From Solirubrobacteraceae bacterium (GTDB lineage: Bacteria > Actinomycetota > Thermoleophilia > Solirubrobacterales > Solirubrobacteraceae): a stretch of DNA of 24,000 nt. Positions 18,853 through 24,000 of the stretch are shown here, in pieces. The position numbers and the translations under genes are program-made. Each line of letters opens with the position of its first letter. Positions within the stretch are counted from its first letter, which is position 1. The notes under the pieces were generated by a model. That model was not told the origin of the DNA. It made no database searches and worked only from the letters and a program-made list of their open reading frames with translations. The DNA is taken from the NCBI GenBank assembly GCA_023230855.1, contig JALNWQ010000020.1:34518-58517 (forward strand), given 5' to 3'.

Positions 18853-19323
18853 CTATCGCCGGCCGCGGACGGATCTCGAACGTCCGTTCGCCGCCGTCCG
18901 ACGCGCTCGCACCAAGCTGACGATCCGTGCAGCCGCCTCGTCCGGAGGCTCATGCTCCCAAACCCGCACGACCTCCCAGCCGGCCGCTCGGAGCTGCTGC
19001 GTCTGCAGGGAATCGCGGGCCCGGTTGCCCTCGATCTTCGTCCGCCAGAACGCCGCGTTCCTGCGGGGCCACGACGCGTGCTCCGGGCACCCGTGCCAGA
19101 AGCACCCGTCGACGAACACCGCAACGCGCGCCGGTCCAAAGACGATGTCGGGCCGAAGCGGACGCCCGGGTCCGACCCTCACCGGTGCGGCGACGCGGTA
19201 CCGCAGGCCCGCTGCGTGGAGGCGCTTGCGCAACCGCAGCTCGGGGGACGTATCCCGCGCCCGGTTCGCCCGCATCGAGCGGACCGTCGCCTCGCTAGGT
19301 CCGTCGCCGTGGCCACCGTCCAC
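18853..19323 (-). CDS. vsr: Very short patch repair endonuclease Vsr
   Basis: ATVRSMRANRARDTSPELRLRKRLHAAGLRYRV, RPDIVF, VAVFVDGCFWHGCPEH, RRNAAFWRTKIEGNRARD and GWEVVRVWEHE match the E. coli Vsr signature blocks. It lies 10 nt upstream of the methyltransferase gene on the same strand. Confidence 0.9.
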   Translation of the reverse strand: MDGGHGDGPSEATVRSMRANRARDTSPELRLRKRLHAAGLRYRVAAPVRVGPGRPLRPDIVFGPARVAVFVDGCFWHGCPEHASWPRRNAAFWRTKIEGNRARDSLQTQQLRAAGWEVVRVWEHEPPDEAAARIVSLVRARRTAANGRSRSVRGRR

Positions 19324-19353
19324 GAGACGATGGTGGCACGTAGAGCTCTGCGA

Positions 19354-19737
19354 TCACGCCGCCCGCATCCATCGGCTGAGCGCCAGGTGCCCGACCGCCG
19401 CGCTGCCCGCCAGCACGGCGGTGGCCGCCGCGCCCGACTTCGGCAGGTGCCGCGACGCGGCGACGGTGGCGGTCAGGTCGACGATGTCGGCGAAGCTGCT
19501 GGTGCGCGCCCAGCGGTAGCCGCGCTGCGGATCGTCGGCGGTGTGCGCGACGGCCATGCCGACCAATGCGTCGCGGATGCCGAGCGCGCGGAGCAGCACG
19601 ATCGCCGCCGGAGTGGTGCCGTCATCGCCGAGCCAGGTGCGCCCGACCCGCTCGGGGGCGACCATGAGGAGCGCCCCGATCCCGATACGGCCGGCACCGG
19701 CGATGCGGGCGGCGTTGACGGGCGTGAGGAGCGACAT
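19354..19737 (-). CDS. Small hydrophobic (probable membrane) protein, native GC content
   Basis: 127-aa ORF, high GC3, with several hydrophobic stretches (GRIGIGALLMVAP, AAIVLLRALGIRDALVGMAVA, AATAVLAGSAAVGHLAL). No family recognised. Confidence 0.5.
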   Translation of the reverse strand: MSLLTPVNAARIAGAGRIGIGALLMVAPERVGRTWLGDDGTTPAAIVLLRALGIRDALVGMAVAHTADDPQRGYRWARTSSFADIVDLTATVAASRHLPKSGAAATAVLAGSAAVGHLALSRWMRAA

Positions 19738-19810
19738 GCGGCGACGCTATCGCGCGGGGCGACGGACGAACAACCCGCCGGCCGAAGGACCCTCCGGGCC
19801 GCATGGCAGG

Positions 19811-20218
19811 ATGACCCCGATGGCCGATCCGTCCGATCCGGTGCGCGTGGACCGCTGGCTCTGGGCCGCGCGGTTCTTCAAGACCCGCCCGCTCGCGGTC
19901 GAGGCGATCGGAGCCGGCCACGTGCAGCGCGAGGGCGTGAACGTCAAGCCCTCTCGGCTCGTCGCGCCAGGCGACAACCTGACGATCACCGTCGGCCAGC
20001 AGCGCTTCCACGTCGAGGTGCGCGCCACCGCCCAGCGTCGCGGTCCGGCGAGCGAGGCCCAGCGCCTGTACGCCGAGACCCCCGAGAGCAAGGCGGAGCG
20101 CGAGCGCCAGGCCGAGCTGCGACGCCTGAGCGCCCCGATCGGCGCCGACCTGGGCCGCAGGCCGACCAAGCGTGATCGCCGGCGGTTGGAGGAGGCGCGG
20201 CGGGTACCTCGAAACTGA
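19811..20218 (+). CDS. hslR: Ribosome-associated heat shock protein Hsp15 (S4 RNA-binding domain)
   Basis: VRVDRWLWAARFFKTRPLAVEAIGAGHV...GPASEAQRLYAETPES...RRPTKRDRRRL is collinear with E. coli HslR ([28 protein letters not shown]...RPASEAALLYEET...RRPDKKERRDL). Start is ATG 19811 or 19820. The track start at 19541 is antisense to the neighbouring gene. Confidence 0.85.
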   Translation: MTPMADPSDPVRVDRWLWAARFFKTRPLAVEAIGAGHVQREGVNVKPSRLVAPGDNLTITVGQQRFHVEVRATAQRRGPASEAQRLYAETPESKAERERQAELRRLSAPIGADLGRRPTKRDRRRLEEARRVPRN

Positions 20219-20315
20219 GCCACGAGCGCTTGTGGTCATCACGTCGCTCGGGGCTGCGACGCGATATTCGCTCGCGGGAACGCGCCTTGCGGCGTCATAC
20301 GTCGGCAGTCCCGGC

Positions 20316-23300
20316 TCAACCGTAATGCTCGATCTCGTCGACGGTGCGGCGCAGCTCCTCGGCCAACACACTTGGAAAGCTACGCGCGAACAGCGTTACG
20401 AGTTCTCGCAAATACCAGAGCATCTCGTCCCGCTCGATACCCATCCGGTCCCACGTCGCGGACCCATACCGCCGCAGGTCACGAAGTAGCGCCCTTGCGT
20501 TGTCGAGCTTTTCGGCAAGCGCGACACGGCGCACGGAAGTCGAGCCAGCTTCGATGAGCCTCAGATGCTCCGACTTCCTGGCCCGGAAGTCGACGAATTC
20601 GACGGGGTCTGTGCAGCCGATCACGACGCTGGCGACGGCATCCCCAAACTGTCGCCGGATCGCTTCGGCGGTGTCAGGCAGGCCATCCTCGACGGCGTCG
20701 TGAAGCAGCGCGGCGATGGCCTCGTTCTCCGTGCCCCCGTCCTCCAGAACGAGGGCTGCGGTGGCCAGCAGGTGCCCTAGGTACGGAATGGCCGTACCTC
20801 GGCGTGTCCTACCTTGATGTTGGAGCTTCGCGTAAACCAGCGCCTCCGTGAACGAGCCGCCGATCAAAGTCGAATCGACAGGACGCTTCGAGCGGTCCCG
20901 GACTACGACGCGCCCCCCGACCGGCATGGCGGACGGAGTGTCGTCAACGAGCCCAACCGCTCCTCGCGCAGACCAGCCAACAAGGTCACCGTTGCCCACG
21001 GACTCGGTGACGCGCTTGCATCGCAGGCCATGCAACGCGGTGATAAGAGCCTCGACCGCCGCCCTCTTCGCCTCTGCGGCGTCGCCTGACGCCACCACCG
21101 ATCCGACTTCGACGTCAACCGACCCGACATCGAACTCGCGCACGCCGCCCCCGCTGTCAGCTGCCGGTACAACCGATGCGTATTCGTCCTGACCGGCCGC
21201 ATCCGGCAGCTCCAGCGATCCGTCCGACGCCGACGTCGGCGTCGTTGCTTGTTCACCTGCCTTAGTGGACGTGCTGGCGACGACTGGCGCAGGCGACGGG
21301 TCGAGGTCCGGTTCCAGGTCGAGGTCGAGATCTAGGTCAAGGTCGAAGTCACCAGCTTCGGCAGACTCGTCGGCTTCCGTCACGCCGCCCGTTTGCCGTG
21401 CGTCGCTTCCGGACGCGTCCGCGGTGCCGTCGCCATACCCCTCCACGACCGGGTCGCCACCGGGCAGCGGTGCCGGCAACGCCTGGGCGTGCACGACGAT
21501 GATCTGCTGGGTGGCTCGCGACAATGCGATGTATAGCTCTCGCCAGCCAGCCGACGAATCGGTGACGATCCGCCGCGGTTCCACGAGAACGACCCGATCG
21601 AACTCGAGACCCTTAGCCTCGGCACCCGACAGCAGCGTCACCCGCTTCTCTAGCTGATCCGTCGAGATGTCTCCGACGGAGACGCCGGTGGCCGCGAGCG
21701 CACCGCGCACAGCGACGAGCAATGATTGCGGGACGATGACGCCGACCGAGCGGTCATCGACAACGAGAGTACCGACTTCCGCGGCCACCGCGTCCGCAAG
21801 ATCGAGTTCGTGCACTTGACGGAAGCGCGGCTCGATGGGTGTCTCCCGGACCGGCTCGGTTGGCGACAGCCCAGGGGCGATCACAGGCAGGACCGCGTTG
21901 GCGAGCTCCATGACGGCGCGCGGCACGCGGTAGCCGATCGTCAGTCGCCCAAGGCGGACCCCGCGGTCCTGTGGCAGATGTGTGGTGATCTCGTCCCAAT
22001 CCCGGTAGCTCGTAGGACCGGTCGCCTGAGCGATGTCACCCACGAGCGTCAGGTCCCCGTTGCTCGACCGCCTTGCGATCATCCGCAACTGCATCGGCGT
22101 CAGGTCCTGAGCTTCGTCTACGATCACGTATCCGTACGAATTGACACCGCCCTGCAGCCGAGCGTGGACCTCGTCGATGAGGGGCAAGTCATCACGTGTC
22201 CACGGGTGTCCACCGACCGTCCTGACGCCCCGTCGAACCAGCTGGGATACCTCGGTCTCACTGAGAATCCCTGCCGAAGCAGCTTGCAGCCTCGACTCCG
22301 TCGTCAGCACTTCGTGCACGATCTGGGCCGCCGAGGTGGCCGGCCACATACGTTCGAGGAAGTTGTTCCACGGCCGGTCCGTACTGAGCGACCGCCGGAG
22401 CCCAGCCACATCGACGCTCCGCCGACGGAAGTTTCTTGCGAAGCGGGCTTGCAGAAGCCTCTCGACCTCGCTCCGCATCGCTTCGATGAACTGACGCCGG
22501 CCCTCGGCATAAGGGCGGTTCCGGGCGACCTCACGCTCAAGTACCGCGTCCGCGGCCTCAGCCGTGACCCTGATGGTGACCCCCTGAGCGGTGACCATGT
22601 GCGAACCATCCGCTGGCCGAGTTCGCGCCGTCACGGCCCTGGCGAGGACCTCGGCCATCCGAGCGTCGCCCTTCAACGCGGCGACGGCCGGCTCGTCGTA
22701 TCCGCGACCTTGAGCGTCTCCGGTCTCCGGCAGTCGATCGATCGCGATCTGATCGACCGAATCCTCTCCGAGCCCAGGTACGACATCAGCGATGTAGGCC
22801 ATGAACGCAGCGTTCGGTCCGACAACGAGCACCCGCCCGAGATCCTCGTGGTTCCTCACGAGGTATACGGCTCTGTGGAGCGCGACCGCCGTCTTGCCCG
22901 TGCCGGGGCCTCCCTGCACGACGAGCACGCCTTCGCGAGGCTCCTCGATCAAGCGATACTGGTCGGCGACGATCGTGGCGACCATCGCCTGCATCCGGGG
23001 CTCGCGAGCGCGCTCGAGCTCTGCTGCCACGCGATCCAGTGCGTCCCGTCGGGCAGTGGGCGTTCCCGTTGCCGCGTCAGCCGCTTCGCCGAAGACCTCA
23101 TCGTCGATGCCCAGCAATTGTCGACCGACGACTTCAAAGGTGCGACGTCGCAGGAGGTCATGAGGGTCCTGCTCGTCCGCGGTGTAGAACGCCTTCGCAA
23201 CGGGCCGGGTGAAGTCCACCACGAGTACCGAGGCGTCGCTCGGGTCTTGCACCGTGCACGGGCCGATGTAGACCGTCTTCTTCCGGCGCTTCTCGAAGTC

Positions 23301-23519
23301 AAGGCGCCCAAAAATAAGACGCTGATCGTCGACGGCTTCCAGTCTGGACAGCGCATCCATGGCGTTGTTCCGGAGTGCCCTTTGCGCTGCTTGGTCGCCG
23401 CCGCCGTTCTGCCGTCCCTCGACGATGCCGCGAAGGTCTGCAAGCTTCGCGTCGTGCGCGTCGCAAGCGTTCTCCAAATACCGCTGCTCGGTTGCATGGT
23501 CGGGATGAGGACTGAGCAT
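20316..23519 (-). CDS. HelD-like (helicase IV / RNAP-associated SF1 ATPase) protein fused to a C-terminal SpoT/RelA-type HD phosphohydrolase (small-alarmone-hydrolase-like) domain
   Basis: N-terminal HelD signature: LIFGRLDFEKRRKKTVYIG...VLVVDFTRPVAKAFYTA...LRRRTF. SF1 motifs: Walker A VVQGGPGTGKTAVALHR (~22890-22913), motif II YVIVDEAQDL (22101-22127), LTLVGDIAQ, GLEFDRVVLV and LYIALSRATQQIIVVH (about residue 675). An acidic linker DFDLDLDLDLEPDLDP follows. The last ~180 aa read IPYLGHLLATAALVLEDGG...AIAALLHDAVEDGL (20685-20711)...IRRQFGDAVASVVIGCTD...ALAEKLDNARALLRDLRRYG..W, which is HD_4/SpoT-hydrolase-like. One uninterrupted 1067-codon frame. Confidence 0.8.
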   Translation of the reverse strand: MLSPHPDHATEQRYLENACDAHDAKLADLRGIVEGRQNGGGDQAAQRALRNNAMDALSRLEAVDDQRLIFGRLDFEKRRKKTVYIGPCTVQDPSDASVLVVDFTRPVAKAFYTADEQDPHDLLRRRTFEVVGRQLLGIDDEVFGEAADAATGTPTARRDALDRVAAELERAREPRMQAMVATIVADQYRLIEEPREGVLVVQGGPGTGKTAVALHRAVYLVRNHEDLGRVLVVGPNAAFMAYIADVVPGLGEDSVDQIAIDRLPETGDAQGRGYDEPAVAALKGDARMAEVLARAVTARTRPADGSHMVTAQGVTIRVTAEAADAVLEREVARNRPYAEGRRQFIEAMRSEVERLLQARFARNFRRRSVDVAGLRRSLSTDRPWNNFLERMWPATSAAQIVHEVLTTESRLQAASAGILSETEVSQLVRRGVRTVGGHPWTRDDLPLIDEVHARLQGGVNSYGYVIVDEAQDLTPMQLRMIARRSSNGDLTLVGDIAQATGPTSYRDWDEITTHLPQDRGVRLGRLTIGYRVPRAVMELANAVLPVIAPGLSPTEPVRETPIEPRFRQVHELDLADAVAAEVGTLVVDDRSVGVIVPQSLLVAVRGALAATGVSVGDISTDQLEKRVTLLSGAEAKGLEFDRVVLVEPRRIVTDSSAGWRELYIALSRATQQIIVVHAQALPAPLPGGDPVVEGYGDGTADASGSDARQTGGVTEADESAEAGDFDLDLDLDLDLEPDLDPSPAPVVASTSTKAGEQATTPTSASDGSLELPDAAGQDEYASVVPAADSGGGVREFDVGSVDVEVGSVVASGDAAEAKRAAVEALITALHGLRCKRVTESVGNGDLVGWSARGAVGLVDDTPSAMPVGGRVVVRDRSKRPVDSTLIGGSFTEALVYAKLQHQGRTRRGTAIPYLGHLLATAALVLEDGGTENEAIAALLHDAVEDGLPDTAEAIRRQFGDAVASVVIGCTDPVEFVDFRARKSEHLRLIEAGSTSVRRVALAEKLDNARALLRDLRRYGSATWDRMGIERDEMLWYLRELVTLFARSFPSVLAEELRRTVDEIEHYG
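21298..21350. repeat. Hexanucleotide (GGTCNA)n microsatellite-like tract encoding the (Asp-Leu)n linker
   Basis: gggtcgaggtccggttccaggtcgaggtcgagatctaggtcaaggtcgaagtc, read on the minus strand, gives DFDLDLDLDLEPDLDP. Confidence 0.7.
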
Positions 23520-23623
23520 GGTGTCTTCTCGGCTCCTACGCTATGGCGGGCTCAGGTGCCCACAGGCTCTCCACCTCATGGGCACCGGCAAGTACCGGCA
23601 CCGACATCGCGCGCTGTCGTACC

Positions 23624-24000
23624 TCAACCACGTGCGTCCCTCTGGCGGTGGCGAACGAACTCGACGCTTCGATGCGCGAAGTCGTCGCGAGCCCGTTCGT
23701 CTAGGACGACGGCGAGCAGAGCCCGCGGGCGCGAACAGGAGACGTAGAGCGCGCGCAGCGTGTCGCGCTCCGAGATTTCTTGGACTCCGACGACAACGGC
23801 GGCGAGCGTCTCGAGACCCTTGAACGAAGCGGCGGTCTCGATACGCAGGTTCGGTTCTCTGGGGTCGCCGACCGGCGCGATCGCAGGCCCGTCGTGCGGC
23901 CACCGCCGTACGAGACGCTCGACAGTCGCCACGTCTCTCGCGAGCACGACGATGTCCTCGAGACGGATGCCCCGCTTACGCCATGTCTCGACGATGGTGG
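23624..24000 (-). CDS. C-terminal ~125 codons of an SF1 (UvrD_C-like) helicase-family protein; 5' part beyond the window end
   Basis: The frame is open from nt 24000 down to the stop at 23624. The track shows only the part from GTG 23947. It reads ...TIVETWRKRGIRLEDIVVLARDVATVERL...IETAASFKGLETLAAVVVGV...LRALYVSCSRPRALLAVVL, typical of the last SF1 helicase motifs (V/VI: FKGLE..., LYVa.sRa...L). Confidence 0.6.
   Translation of the reverse strand, partial: TIVETWRKRGIRLEDIVVLARDVATVERLVRRWPHDGPAIAPVGDPREPNLRIETAASFKGLETLAAVVVGVQEISERDTLRALYVSCSRPRALLAVVLDERARDDFAHRSVEFVRHRQRDARG

Larger units (their letters stand above)
16160..19345. other. Lower-GC insertion (island 1) carrying a restriction-modification/Vsr cassette
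   Basis: By eye, G+C and GC3 drop relative to the flanking fadE and the 19354..19737 gene. More aga, agt, ttt, gga and cga codons appear. The content is entirely DNA-modification/restriction related. No integrase, tRNA or clear flanking direct repeats were seen. Confidence 0.5.
20225..24000. other. Lower-GC insertion (island 2), right boundary beyond the window
   Basis: A marked drop in G+C by eye starts just after the hslR stop. Both genes on it are SF1-helicase-like and on the minus strand. Confidence 0.5.

Overview
High-GC actinobacterial chromosomal segment, with no rRNA, tRNA, CRISPR or transposase genes seen. Many long ORFs in the supplied track are antisense or out-of-frame shadows typical of high-GC DNA. 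The left ~16 kb looks like core genome. It holds the 5' two-thirds of mfd (runs off the left edge, so it is absent from the ORF track), guaB, an MpaB-family oxygenase, a TetR regulator with small hypothetical genes on either side, an FMO-TetR-alpha/beta-hydrolase operon, a secreted penicillin-acylase-family Ntn hydrolase, a vapBC toxin-antitoxin pair and a large FadE5-type acyl-CoA dehydrogenase. The right ~8 kb carries two visibly lower-GC insertions separated by two native genes (a small membrane protein and hslR/Hsp15). Island 1 (about 16.2-19.3 kb) is a NaeI-like type II restriction endonuclease, a C5-cytosine methyltransferase, Vsr, and an orphan 206-aa protein divergently overlapping the nuclease start. 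Island 2 (about 20.2 kb to the window end) encodes a 1067-aa protein that reads as a HelD-like RNA-polymerase-associated SF1 ATPase fused through an acidic linker to a SpoT/RelA-type HD (small alarmone hydrolase) domain. It is preceded by the 3' end of a second SF1-helicase-like gene. This fusion is my best candidate for an undescribed system. Non-coding structure is also unusual. Two intergenic loci carry three tandem copies each of a 54-nt hairpin element with the same architecture but covarying stems. Five GATAGAG heptamers sit at an exact 10-bp period upstream of the acylase gene. Nested inverted repeats lie in the mfd-guaB intergenic region. A near-perfect in-frame 60-bp duplication sits inside the hydrolase gene. 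All family assignments are from reading motifs by eye; no database search was possible.
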